Below are positions 38,691 to 52,152 of a stretch of 64,000 nucleotides of DNA, one piece after another; within the stretch, counting starts at the first letter, position 1, and every line of letters begins with the position of its first letter. Source of the DNA: Callorhinchus milii (lineage: Eukaryota); NCBI RefSeq assembly GCF_018977255.1, contig NW_024704742.1:32986001-33050000 (forward strand), read 5' to 3'. The position numbers were made by a program, and so were the translations under genes. Below the pieces are notes generated by a model. The model was not told the DNA's origin, searched no databases, and was given only the letters and a program-made list of their open reading frames with translations.

Positions 38691-40584
38691 TCTGTTGTCA
38701 ATCATGTCACCTTGAAGTTCAGCTAGAAGGAGACCCTGCTTACCTTCTCCCCAAGAAACATAATCACATAAAATTTGTTATAGCTTTCTTGTAAAAGTGT
38801 TAAGAAATATGTTCAAGAGCTTGTTATCAAAACTTGTGAATTTCCCTCTGCATTGCCCCCTCTTTGCTTGTCCTTAAACCACACCTAAAAACGATTGTCT
38901 ACCACCGAGCCTACAGTCACTGCCCCTTCCTCCCAAGCTGGGCATCACACTACGCCATTGTTACATGCTCCAAGACCCTACCCTATGTGAAGGCCGCTAT
39001 ATAATTGCAAGTTGTTGTTGTTGGGTTCTGAGAAAGTAGTCTTCAACCTTGTCTCCAGTATCCTATTTGTTTTTATTACTTTAGATGAATCTTGCCTCTC
39101 GCTTGCTTCTTATTTGCAATCTGTTTTGATAAATGCAATGGTTTCTAAATACTTCTGGAATATGTCAGGGCTGTTTACTATCTCCAGATCTCATCACCTT
39201 GCTTTTAGAGAGTGTTGCGAATAAAGTGAACCAGGAAATGAAAAATGTAGGAGGAAATGTTACAGAAATCAGATCTTATTGCACATTGGAACGAAATTTT
39301 CGATTGCTTTTCACAAGTGTGTCACAATAATATTTCCTGCACTTAATGTTCCCCACCCTCTGTTCCTGTGTGAAATTACAGCCACCCATTTTCATTCTTT
39401 TACATTCATCACAGTGAAAGCTTTCACCACAGCTTGACAGAACGTCACTCACCACCCTTGTGTCCACCCATCATCAGCTAATAAAAAAAACATTTCGCAC
39501 TCATTTAGATCGAACAATGCAGAAAGAGACATCATATAAAGAATGTACAATACAATTTACATTTATGTAGCATGTTTTACATTGGAAGGATGTCTCAAAG
39601 AACTTTACATTGCTAGCTTGGCTGTGAGTTGTGGGGGCGCATGGGATGGGGGGGAAAGCAATGAAGAGGAAAGGTGACTGAAAGCATGTTCAAAGAGGAG
39701 TATTTTCTTCATCTACTGAATATACTTCATTATGACTCAATTTGAATGAAAATATTATGGTGACTGCTCCTGTGAAGTTTACTCTCCAGCTTGAACTATG
39801 TCATCTCATTTCTGATCTCTTTCCTGGATCCTGAATGTGCTGCATTATTCTATGTAATTATACGTAACTATTATGATTTGTTTGGGCGCTTTTCACATTG
39901 GGAGGACATCTCAAAGCCCTTCACAGGATATATAACAACAATTTGCAGTTACATTCTTCATAACGGGTAGCATCTTGGAGCACATAATACTGGCAGAGGT
40001 TGATGTTGAACTGAGCAAACGATGACCGTAGAGACAGTTGAAGAGTAGGATAACCAAGGAGGGGACAAGATGGAGGGACTGAGGCAGAGAGTTCCAGAGT
40101 TTCAAGGTGTAGTGGCTGAAAGTACGGTCACTGATGGTGGAGCTGGGGGGACGAGGGACGTGAAGAAGGCTGGAGTATGGCTCAAAGGGCTTCACAGGAA
40201 ATACTGTGGCAGCCAATTAGCACACAGCATGTCCCACAAACAGCCAAGGAGTGAATGACCAAAGAGTTCATTTTTTTTTCTGCTATTCCTTCTAACAATG
40301 ATAGTGACTTTCACTTTGGGCTTTAGCACTTCTAACTGAATTTTAAAGAATTAATGTACAGAAAGGCATCTTGATTTTCTGGATTCTGAGCACTTGATGA
40401 AAAAGAAAACATATTTTAACGTAATCTGTACTGCAATCTATTTTCAGGTTTGCAACTCTAAAATTAAGGAAGTCTTTGCTTGTGAAGCGCTTTTGGATGT
40501 CCTCTCGACGTGGAAAGCACTACATGAATTGTAAGGATTATTATTGTTATTACTTTATTTCATTACCGCTCGATTAATGGCAGT

Positions 40585-40600
40585 CCACAAGGTGGTGCTG
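40585..40600 (+). promoter_or_regulatory. Candidate CTCF site
   Basis: CCACAAGGTGGTGCTG. Confidence 0.4.
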
Positions 40601-41592
40601 TAGTTTGCTCATAAGGAGGAGCAGTTCAGGAACATAGAATGGTGAAGGAATAGAAAAGACCATCGCAATTCATTTGACCCAAAATAAAAATAAATGTATA
40701 ACTCTACACTGCTGTACCTCTCATACCCTTCAACTATCCTTCTTTGTCATTTACCTCTCTGATTTGCAGACACAATCTGCCTCCACAGATTGGTTAGTCT
40801 ATTCCAGCCCCAAACAGTTCTCATGTGCCACACACTAAACAATCTCAACTCTCCAGCCACCCATGCTTTTATATTGTGTTTTTTTGTCTCTGGATACATG
40901 GAACAGGATTATGTTTGTTTATAGCACGGCAATTGCACACATGGATAATACTGTCAAAGCCAAAGTATTATCATGCAAGTTGTTCATTATCCCTTCTGAT
41001 ACACATTTATAATCTACATCCCATATGCAGGCCCATTATCGCTCATTTTTCTTATTAAACCAAACCTCTGGTGCCAGTCTTTTTTGAGCCTTTGCAAAAC
41101 TGTCCCTCCCTCCCCTCTTGGGAGTAGCACACCAAATTAATTTTCCAGATCAGCAGATGCCTATCTGCCCACCACAATCCTGGTACAATTCTACCAGGAC
41201 AAATTTGTGTTTCACCCACAAAATATTCGGTCAATTCACTTTACTGAATATTCTGTGAAGCACTTTGAGGTGTCTTAAAGATGTGATAAGGTTTCTATAT
41301 CAAATGCAAGGATTATTATTATTGTCTGACATCCCTCAGCCCCTATGAATCAGCATCAGTATATTCTGCTGCAGGAAGCAGCCTATGATAAGAAAACAGA
41401 AAACATGGGTTGAGTAAAAGCCCACTCCTTCAATAGCCACATAAACTGACCCCATCATGGACATAAGTCCAGGCACTTAGAAAAAAAAATAATAATCCTT
41501 GCATGCAATATAATGCCTTTCACATTGGGAGGTCCTCTCAAAATGCTTCACCAGATTTACCATAAAATATAGTGACTGTGTTTTGTAAGCAA

Positions 41593-41750
41593 ACCATAAG
41601 ACCATAAGACGTAGGAGCAGGAGTAGGCCATTCGGCCCCTCAAGCCTGCCCCGCTATTTAATAAGATCATGACTGATCTTCTAACCTAATTCCATTTACC
41701 CGCCCTATCCCCATATCCCTTAAACCCTCTATCCTTTAGAAATCTATTAA
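41593..41750 (-). mobile_element. CR1 3' UTR fragment
   Basis: accataagaccataagacgtaggagcaggagtaggccattcggcccct, same family as 14864. Confidence 0.85.
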
Positions 41751-43560
41751 CCCCTAAGGTAATGAAACTCTACTAACCATAAGGCATTCCCAAACTAAGG
41801 GGTAAGGCCCATAACAATCAGATGTACCTCATAAAATTGCTAACAAAGTCATCATCCCCACATCTCCACTATTCCCTTCACTCTCTCCTCCCACAGACAA
41901 CATACTTCCATCTCACTCAGACACCATCTAGATACTGATCCAGAACCCCCAGTTCAATGTTATACTGTATTGGGAAGACTATTACTATTTAATCATCTTT
42001 TATTTATGCTACTATTTGGGCATCATTAAAAAGAATTTCTGTCTGTGACAGCTGTGACTTTCTTCAAATGTTGCTGTCCACTCTGAGATTCCAGTCTATT
42101 CAAATGAGTTCTCAGTCAATGAACCTGCAAATAATCACTGCGTATCTTTATGATGCAGAGAAGGGGAAAGCCAGAAGACTTGGCTCCCCAATGTCTATAG
42201 GAGGAATTCTTGCTATCAAGACAGACAGAACAATATTGAAAAGAACAAACCAAACACCTTTTCACCTCTTCCTTTCCATTCTTCTCCTGCACCTATTATT
42301 AGATGAGGATACCTGAGATAAGTGTCTCTATTCTCTAGTGTAAATTCTCATTATATTGCATCAAAACACCTGGTCAAAGCAGAAAACCAACACAGAGAAT
42401 CATGGAAAGTTTACAGCACTGAAGTAGGTCATTCTGTCCATTGTGCCTGTACTGGTGATAGTTTCCCCACTATAGCCATTACTTCTAATGTTTCTCTTTC
42501 CTCATTACCGTTTGTTATTCTTCTCCTCAAGTATGCATCCAATTTCCTTTTAAATGCAGTTACTGCTTCAGCTTCAACAGCAATTTTGTGTTTTGCCCAC
42601 AAAACATACAGTCAATTCACTTTACAGTATACTCTGTGAAGTGCTTTGAGACATCTCAAAGATGTGATAAAACATTATATCAAATACAAAGATTATTATT
42701 AAAGTATTCAGTATTTGAACAACCGTCTGACTTAAAAAAATTGTCCTAAGATATTGCTCTTCTGACAATAATCCTCAATTTATGTTCTCTTGGTACTCAC
42801 TCATCATTCAGAACATACCCTATACTCAAATCAGGCAGAGATTATGTAGTGATATTCAGACAGCTGCCAAATTTAAAGACTATGGTGGAGCCTTATTATA
42901 TCTCATTGTTTGGTTTCCATAAAATTCCAATCTGCACTAAACCAAAGTGCAATAGCTGATTTCACTCTGGAGAACAAGTGTCCAAATTCTGGAAATCATC
43001 AGGTCACAGCTGACAACAACAACAACCTGCATTTATATAGTGCCCTTCATGAGAGTTAGCGTCTCAGAGCACAAACTTCCTGTTTGCTGCACTACAGATA
43101 ACATCAGCAGTGACCTGGAAGTCAGACTGTTTTTTAGCACAGGACGTTAAACAGGAGCAGATCCAGAGAGAGTTTGGGGGGGGTGGGGGCCATGACTCCC
43201 CAAGACCAATTTTTAATTTTAAGTCATTTTTCTCAAAATTAAAATTGTTGTGAGTTTCTTAACTTTGTATCATGTTTAAGGATCAATGAAAGCACAGAAA
43301 TAACATCCCATTACCTTTAGTGTTGTCCTGGATTATATTTGAATCACCAACTTTTCAAGTTGTCCATAATGTAATCCCCAACTTTTTTTAAAAAAAATTA
43401 AAATTTGCCTCTTTTTATCCATCGGAGCTTTGCCTGTCCCTGTCAGTGAATGACAAGGACAGACTGAAGTTCTGGTGGATACAGAGAGGCAAAGAGGATT
43501 TTTTAAAGTTAATTTTTTAGAATTTTCTGTTGTTTGCACTGATGTGTGTATGGGGATCCC

Positions 43561-43679
43561 TAGGGGTAGATTCAAGAGGGGGCCCAGGGGCGACTGGGAC
43601 AAGCCCCCACCCCAAAACCAAAATAAATGGTACAGGTCGGACCCTCCCCCACCAAGGTGAAATCCTAGATCCAGCCCTG
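43561..43679. mobile_element. Small MITE-like element
   Basis: Imperfect terminal inverted repeats taggggtagattcaag / cctagatccagccctg; a related half element lies at ~43152. Confidence 0.4.
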
Positions 43680-43881
43680 TTAAAGGGGCAAATCCCAGAT
43701 TTCACCTTGAATTTCACCATCATTGACATCACTTCCTACTTTGCACATGTGCACCAAACTAAGAAGTGATGTTGTCAACGACCTGATGACCCAGATGTTA
43801 GCAGCTTCAATGCAAAAGCTATCTGGTGTGCACATATACATTGAATGTGGTCTACAGTGCAACCTTGTAAGCTACAGATGT

Positions 43882-44258
43882 GGAGTCCTGTAGCATAGGG
43901 GTTAGAGCACTCGCCTCGCAAGTGAGAGGACCCGGGTTCAATTCCTAGCCAGGGCAAAACCTTAAGTAAGTTTCCTTACTCCACACGCCTCTGTTTACCT
44001 AGTAGTAAGTAGGAACTTGGTTATTAGTCGATTGGCGAATCTCTTTCCGGGGTTAATAATCCCCCCAAAAATCAAGTAATAATTTGGTCACTCAATCCAC
44101 GACTGTTTGTGGGACACTGTTGTGCCCAATTGGCTGTCACGTTTCATCCACAAAATATACAGTCAATTCACTTTACAGTAACTTCTGTGACAAGAGGGGG
44201 CTTTGAGACATCTCAACAATGTGATAAGGTGCTATATCAAATGCAAGGATTATTATTA
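43882..44258 (+). mobile_element. Full-length tRNA-Ala-derived SINE (long variant)
   Basis: ggagtcctgtagc...gggttcaattcc head, an extra ~60 bp (ctgtttacctagtagtaagtagg...), Deu-like body and tatatcaaatgcaaggattattatt tail. Confidence 0.9.
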
Positions 44259-44710
44259 ATATTATAACCAAATTCATGTTATAAGGAAGTGAATTGCATT
44301 TAATCAGACAGACAGCTTACACAACAGTCCTTGGCTACTGTTTACAGTTTTTTTTAGCATAAGGGCTTAACAGTTTCATTTCAAACCAGAGGTGCATCCA
44401 GTTAACTTAAGAAATGCTACAAAACTTTGTGGCTTACACATGGAAGGTATAATTCACACTTAGCTGCAATTGAGTTCACATCTTTCTAGAGGAAGTAGCA
44501 TTGTCTGTGTTCTAAAAGTGCATTGTTACATACAATTACTCGAAGTAGTGCCAGTGCTTATACTCCACATAAGTCACCATCCCTCCCAGTCCCCTTTCCT
44601 GTACCTCTCCCTCATGTAGGCATCATTTCCTCTTAAGCCAGGACACTAAACTCATTTAAAGCACAGCTTGATGCATCGATGGTTGAGTGATTTTCTGGTT
44701 TTCTGGAGAG

Positions 44711-45091
44711 ATAATAATAATAAGAAGAATCCATGCATTTGATATAGTGCCTTATCATGTTTTCGAGATGTCTCAATGTGCTTCACAGAGTATACTGTCA
44801 AGTGAATTGACTGTACATTTTGTGGGCGAAATGTGGCAGCCAATTGTGCACAGTAATGTTCCACAAGCAGTCGTGGATTGAAGTAACCAATTTATTATAT
44901 ATTTTTTGAAGTAATTATTACCTCCGGAAAAGCAATCCACCAATCAACTAACAACCGGTTCCTACTTACTGGTAGGTAAACAGAGAGATGTGGAGTAAGG
45001 AAACTTGCCCAATATTTTGCCCTGCTGAGAATCAAAACCCAGGTCTCTCGCTTGCGAGGTGAGCGCTCTAACCACTGAGATATAGGACTCC
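44711..45091 (-). mobile_element. Full-length tRNA-derived SINE (long variant)
   Basis: Reverse-complement homolog of 43882-44258. Confidence 0.88.
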
Positions 45092-46302
45092 ACTTCATCT
45101 ATTGGAGATGAGATCAGATGGGTTGATGGGTTTAAACCACAGCTTCCAGCATAGGTGCCCTCATGACAGCAACTTAAACGGAAACGAAGTTTGCTGTGCA
45201 GGCCAGCAAAATAATTTTGCATTCATTGGGTCTGTGCATGCTCTTCCTCGGTTATTTAGCAGCCAGCTGTTGCCCCAGCTGCTGAGGAACCTGCTCTGCA
45301 ATTTAAGTAAAATTTACAGTACCCAGGAGCGGAGGCACTATTTGAAGAATTATTCTGAAAGTGTTTGAGCAGTACTGTATAAACCACCCAAATCATAAAC
45401 AATTTAAATTCAGGGGAAAGTAAGGACCAGCCCCAAGTTTGACTTATATCTCTTAATATTGGTTCCACTTGTCTCCTTTTGAACTCCATTTTACACCTTT
45501 AATGCTAATCTTGCATAGAGGCACATTCATTTGTATTCCTTTCCTTGTTTAGTGTACACTAGCTCGTGCATCATGTCAGCCAACTTCCGAGCTGAGGTCA
45601 GCTAGCATAATTCCAATTAATGTTTGTTTTTATAGTGTAATTAATGATTGGAATAGCTTATAAGGAAAGGACACAGTTGAAGCCACAATGCTGGGCTACT
45701 TAAGAACCAAATTTGATCTCTCAAATCACAATTGTTTGTGGAAAGCTGCTGTGTGCAATTGGCTGCCAGGTTTTGACCACAAAATACACAGTCAATCCAC
45801 TTTACAGTATATTCTGTGAAGTGCTTTCAGAGGTCTCATCGACATGATAATGCTCTATATCCTGATAATGCAGGATTATTATTATTATTATTTATTAAAT
45901 GGACCGAAAGGCCTTCTTTGTCAGCACTTCTCTTGTGATCTTTTGGGTGTCTTAAAAGTTCTGCTCACAGTAGTAAGTTCAGGTACTATTCATTGGAATT
46001 TGCAGTGTTCCTGTTTCATGCTAAGAAAATACGTAACTTATAATAATAATAATAATAATAATCTTTGCATTTGATATAGCACCTTTCACATCAGGAGGGC
46101 ATTTTAAAGAACTTCATAGAATATATCGTAGTAACTGTGTATTTTGTAGGAGAACACGGCATCATATATGCACACGGCAATATCCTACAATCAGTCATGA
46201 ATTGAATGATCAATTTTATCAAGGGGATTATTGGCCAGGACACCGAAAGATACTCTTCCTCTTTCCAAATAGTGCCATGGAATCTTTAATGTCCATCTGA
46301 AC

Positions 46303-46502
46303 CTCTTAAGAACCTGAAGTCCAAAAGATTGTGCAGAATTTCAAGATCAATCTTAATTTGTTTTTCTATGATCTGTGAAAAACTGGCTTCCAAATTGAAA
46401 CCGAATTTAAACATTTTAATTTTAAGAATTTTCTCAAATTCTGCAGAATCTTCCATTTTAACACATTCACCTTAATGTTAAATCCATGAGAAATGTTGGG
46501 CC
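46303..46502. mobile_element. Second copy of the palindromic MITE-like family
   Basis: Shares aagattgtgcagaattt, ttctcaaattctgca and the terminus ccatgagaaatgttgggcc with 15857-16086. Confidence 0.55.
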
Positions 46503-47600
46503 TCTGGGTGGATGAAGAGACAAATCCTGCCTACAATTTTTATTGGGTTACTAATTAAAACTTTAATTCTTTCTGGAATTCAATGGGGCAACCATGTTCC
46601 TTATCTTAGAAATTATTCACTAAGGTTGACAAAAGATGCATTGATATTTTAGTTTAGATGTAGATGAAAATTCCTTGTAATTTACTTGAGTTGATTTTTT
46701 AACAAATCTTTAGTAAATATCAGAAAGGTAGCATCATGCTATTCACGAGATTATAAGAGTGGTTCAGGGAAAGAATGACCCTCATTTGATCTATCCTTCC
46801 AGAATATTCCCCCACCCCCACAACCCTCCGTTACAGCATTTAGCTGCTTTTTTTTAATGAGTCCAGCATCCAGGCCTCAACCATATTCCAGTCATTAATT
46901 ATCCTTTGAGTAAAGAAATAATCCTGGTCTCTGTCCTGAAATTGCCCTATGCCCTCTAGATCTGTACCATGGTGTATCTAAACATTTTGTTCTTGTTTTT
47001 TTTCAATTCTATTCAAAGTCCTATATAACCTCTATCAGGTCCCCTCTGAGACGACTCTTTCCAAGGTTTAAGAGGCTTGTCCAATCGTTGCTGATTCTCT
47101 ACATGGAATTACAAGTACAAAGTCACTAGACACATCATTAGACTCGTATTGCTCAAAAGTTTATTCTCTTAACCTTTTGTGTGACATAATAATACCATGT
47201 AAATTCATGAGACAGTACATCCATCAATTAATTTGCTGCAATGTTCATTGCCATTACTTAAGGAATATTTAAGCCTATTATTTTAAAACTGAAACACAAT
47301 ATCCACTTTATGTCCTAGAATCTAGAGATATTACGCAAAAAAAAGATTCTGGAACGAACAACTGGGACGTACCAAAAAAAATGTCCCAGATATTCATCTT
47401 ATAATAAAAAAAATTCCTGGCAGAGATAAATCATTACATCAGCCATGACTAATCAGGACTGACCTTTACCTGTCTGGATATTCAATGCCATCAGTCACCG
47501 ACCTCCATTGGAAACCAACAGCACTGCAAATAAGGAGGAGAAAACTTTTCTGGAATTAAGGTAAATGTTTATAAGTTTATTGAAATCTTTATTGACTACT

Positions 47601-48276
47601 TTAGAATACATTAGAATATACAGCACAGAAACAGGCCATTCGGCCCAACTAGTCTACGCCAGTGTTTATGCTCCACTTGAGTCTCCTCCTGCCCTTCCTC
47701 AACTAAGCCTTCAAGCATAACCTTCTATTCCTTTCTCCCTCATGTACCTATCTAGCTTTCCCTTAAATACATCTATGCTATTTGCCTCAACAACTCCTGG
47801 TGGTAGCATGTTCCACATTCCCATTACTCTCTGTGTAAAAAAAATTCTTCTAACTTCCCTATTTGATCTATTTGTGACTATTTTATATGGATTTGGTCTC
47901 CCCCACAAGTGGAAACATCTTCCCTATGTCTATCCTATCAAAACCTTTCATCATTTTAAAGACCTTTATCAGGTAACCCCTTACCCTCCTGTTTTCAAGA
48001 GAAACAAATCCAAGTATGTTCAGCCTTTCCTGATAGGTATAACCTCTCAGTTCTGGGATCATTCTTGTGAATCTCCTTTGCACCCTCTCCAGTGCCTTTA
48101 CATCCCTTCTATAATGTGGGGACCAGAACTGCACACAGTATTCTAAGTGTGGTCTAACCACGGTTCTATAGAGGTTTACCTTAACTTCCCTGCTTTTCAT
48201 TTCTATCCCTCTAGGAATGAATCCCAATGCCTGGTTTGCCTTTTTATGACCTTATTAATCTGGGTTGCTACTTCTA
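47601..48276 (-). mobile_element. CR1-type LINE 3' fragment
   Basis: LYRTVVRPHLEYCVQFWSPHYRRDVKALERVQRRFTRMIP and FFTQRVMGMWNMLP...FKGKLDRYM on the minus strand. Confidence 0.92.
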
Positions 48277-48900
48277 CAACAACAACAACAACAAGATTCC
48301 ATTTATAGAGCGCCTTTCACGTCAGGAGGACGTCCCAAGGCGCTGCACAGTTGGGTCATGACCCGAGCAGGGGGGAAATGGTCAGGGTGAGGGGAGGGAA
48401 GGGAGGGAGCGAGGAGGAGGAAGAGAGTCGAGAGGGGAGCTGAAGGCACGGTCAAAGAGAAAGGTTTTGAGACCGGCCTTGAAGGAGGAAAGGGAGGAAG
48501 CAAGGCGAAGGCACTGGGGGATGGAGTTCCAGAGCCTCGGGGCTGAGAGGCTGAAGGCCCGACCACCGATAGTAGGGCGGTTGGGGCGGGGGACGTGGAG
48601 CAGACCGGAGCCAGAGGAACGGAGGGTACGGGCAGGTAGGTAGGGGGATAGTAGGTTGGAGAGGTAGGAGGGAGCAAGGCCGTGAATGGCCTTGTAGGTG
48701 AGGATGAGGATCTTGAAATCAATCCTCTGGGGGATGGGGAGCCAGTGGAGGCGAGCGAGGGTAGGAGTGATGTGGTCCCGAAGCCTGGTGCGGGACAGTA
48801 CACGAGCTGCAGAGTTCTGAATGACCTGCAGCTTGTGGAGGGAGGTGCCGGGAAGGCCGGCGAGGAGAGAGTTCCCATAGTCCAGCCTTGAGGTGACAAT
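48277..48900 (-). mobile_element. L2-clade LINE 3' fragment (young subfamily)
   Basis: Open frame [16 protein letters not shown]...[21 protein letters not shown]...[15 protein letters not shown]...[10 protein letters not shown]; (TTG)n tail; many intact CpGs. Confidence 0.95.
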
Positions 48901-49484
48901 TCTAGTGAATTGTGCATGTGTCCCCCTAGATCCCTTTGCTCCTCTACCCCATTTAGGTTTTATTTTCCAGGATGTATGTGACAGGATGTATTGCTTAGAA
49001 TAATTTATTAAAATCTTATAATGAATAGAAAAAGAAAATGGCAAGCAGGCATAACACTTTGTAATAATAATACAAAATATTTTTTTGGGGTAATAATTAC
49101 CCCCACAAAAAAAATGTGGTCACTCAATCCACGACTGTTTGTGGATCACTGCTGTGTGCAATTGGCTGCCGTGTTTTACTCAGAAAATACAGTCAATTCA
49201 CTTTAGTATATATTCTGTGAAGTGCTTTGAGACGTCTCAACGATGTAATAAGCACTATGTCAAAGCCAAGGATTACCATTATTATTGTTGTTTGTAATCC
49301 ATCTTTTGAATTTTGTTTTGAATACTGTACTTCACTTCATTCTCTTTCTACTGTCCTCCTTGGACGATGTGGTAGGGATATGTGGGGATGGTGGGGGGCT
49401 GGGGGGGGGGGGGGGGTGAGTGGGTGCGTTGGTCAACTGCAAAGCACTGCTGACAACATCCTGGCTCAATCACTGGCTTAAATA

Positions 49485-49875
49485 ACTTGGAGGGTCAGGC
49501 CAGTCACCGAGAGCAGAGATTCTTCCACTCAGCATCTGTTATCCCTACCAGCCAATGCCCTAAAAGGATGGTCCTAGCTGCATAAGCAACGGGAAGCTTG
49601 CCTGACAGTGCTCTCAGTGACTAGCTTTATGGTTTTAGATGTATAAACTCCAACAATAGCACAGAGGTCCCCAAGCCTTGTTTCTTGCCAGCCTGGGCCA
49701 AATACTCTCTGGAGTTCGGTAAGTAGGATGTGTCCCTCCAATGAAAGTATATGCATTCCTTTCAGATACAGGGACATTTCCATGTGTAAGTGACAATACA
49801 TTTGTATCTGGTTTGGATATTCTAAACCATGGTGAGGGTTCCCCATGTGTCAGCCATGCAGCTGACCAAAAAATA
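49485..49875 (+). mobile_element. Family X LINE 3' fragment
   Basis: ccagtcac...ttccactcagc...aagcttgcctgacagtgc...ccccaagccttg...tgtccctcca...gctgaccaaaaaa, colinear with 9190-9600. Confidence 0.75.
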
Positions 49876-50949
49876 TATAATATTGCTTTGATCTGATATA
49901 GTGCCTTTCACATCATCAAGAAGTTTCAAAGTGCATCAACAGGGTTACTTGCAAAGTGTAGTTACTGTGTGTTTGTAGGTGAATGTGGCTGCCAATTTTT
50001 GCACAGCATTGAAGTGAGTGCCAGTGTTATTTGGGGGATTGTTGGCCAGGACACCAGGAGAAACCCCCTTCTCTTTTTGAAAAATGTGGAATTTTTAACG
50101 TTCTCAAGAACAGGCAGACCAAAGCTTGGTTCAACATCTCATCCGAAAGACCGAAATACTGTTATATTGATGTTAGCTCGGCTCAGTTGGTAGCCATCTT
50201 ACCTTCAAATCAGGAAGTTGTGGGTCAAACCCCAGTTCTGGACTGAGCTCATTGTCTAGGCTAACACTCCAGTGAAGCGCTGTAGGTATGCTGCATTTTC
50301 AGAAACACCATCCTTCAGATGAGACATACGAGACAATGTAATATGAAAAACACTACAAAAATTATAGCTTATGTATAATCATGAGTTTAGTTCCATTGTC
50401 ACCAATGGATCACATTGTGGCTTGAGCTCATATTCTGGGCTGACCCTTCAGTACTTTTTTCGGGTACAGGGGGAGCCCTGCTTTATCATAGGTGGCACCT
50501 TTCAAATAAGACATTAATCCAAGGGCCTATCTGCAATTTTTCAGGTGAATTTTAGAGATACCATGACATTAATCCAAACAAAATAGAGTTTTTCTCAGTA
50601 TCCTGTTCAACAACGCGCCAGATTTCAATTGATTATTTATCCCATGGCTGATGATGAGATCTTGCTGGAACAAATGACAGCTGTGTTTGTCGATAGAAAC
50701 AGTCACTACAACTGGCAGTAATTCCTGTGAAGCATTTTAAGATGTTATGATGCGATAGGGTGCACGTTTTTTCTTTCTATTCTACTGGCAGTCTGTAATG
50801 CTTCAATGGCAGACACATAAAATCCTTTGTACAAGAGTCCGCAGTTGTATATGTAAACCTTTTCCAATAACTCATCTTCATCTGTCTGTCTCTACTTAAT
50901 AATAATAATAATAATACTTTTGTCTGATGCATACTCAGACGCAATATGG

Positions 50950-51650
50950 TATCCTGTTTATTTCTATGTATATGAATCATCATTTTCATCAAGCTCTGCT
51001 GCATCCATTGAAGATGCTTTAACCACCTGTGTGGACAATACTGAGGTTTCAGAGGACAAAGACTCTGACAAATTGGAGAGAATTTGCAGCAACTGAATAT
51101 TAATTACCTAGAGAAGACAGTTTACAATCTGAGGCTTGTATACCTATCCTCACACTATATTCTCCATTGTGATTGCTCAGAGTATCTCACGTGTTTGGCA
51201 CGGTTTGTTTATGAAGCAGCGTATCAGCCACATAGGATGCTCCTTCTGCATCTCCACCCCTAAATTCCAGCATCTTATGGAGGAAGGTCTGTGCCTACTG
51301 AAGCAGGTGATGGACACTGTTTATGTCAGTGTTAGCGTGTAATCTCACAAGGTCCAGCTGTGCACTGACTCGGTTCACCTGTATACTATTCTACACTTAG
51401 TCTGGGCACAGTTGGTACAGCATATGGGCTCTTTGGTCAATCTGCTTACCATACTGGTGCATGGCCAGCAACCCTCCTTCACATTGCTTCAGGATGTACC
51501 CATTCAGTGTTCTTTAGAGACACCCTGAAGAGCTTCTGCAGGGGAGAGGGCCTGACTGGCATTCAGTTCATCAGTGACTCAGATGGCCTTTCCAATATAC
51601 CACTGTGGCGCCTGCATACAAATAGGATTAAACACTGCAGGGCTGCATTA
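50950..51650 (+). mobile_element. Decayed RTE-clade LINE C-terminal remnant
   Basis: Degenerate FRDTLKSF (cf. RTE RYKDTLKASL) and terminal YHCGACIQIGLNT (cf. RTE CxxC..RIGLxSH), in the expected order. Confidence 0.45.
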
Positions 51651-51786
51651 CTTGTACAAGGTTATATGTAAAGCAGTCTTGCAGAACAATGACAATTTTG
51701 AATTTATAAAGCCCTTTTCACAACAGGAGAACATCTCTCTAAGTGCTTCAACAACAACAACCACAACTTGCATTTACATAAAAATT

Positions 51787-52152
51787 AATCCTTGCATTTG
51801 ATATAGCACCTTTTCAAGTATTTGGGACGTCTCAAAGCGCTTCACAGAATATACTGTGAAGTGAATTGATTATATATTTTGTGGGTGGCAGCCAATTGCC
51901 CACAGCAGTGTCCTACAAACAGTCATGGATTGAGTGACCACATTTTGTTTAAAATTTATTTTATTTTGAAGGGATTATCAGCCTCGGAAAAGCAATCCAC
52001 CAATCAAATAACAACCGGGTTCCTACTTACTGCTAGGTAAACAGAGGCGTGTGGAGTAAGGAAACTTGCCCAATGTTTTGCTCTGCCCAGGAATTGAACC
52101 CAAGTCCTCTCGCTTGCAAGGCAAGTGCTCTAACCACTAAGCTACAGCATTC
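51787..52152 (-). mobile_element. tRNA-derived SINE (long variant) inserted in an old L2 tail
   Basis: Homolog of 44711-45091. The L2 tail (caacttgcatttacata) precedes it and resumes after 52152. Confidence 0.85.
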
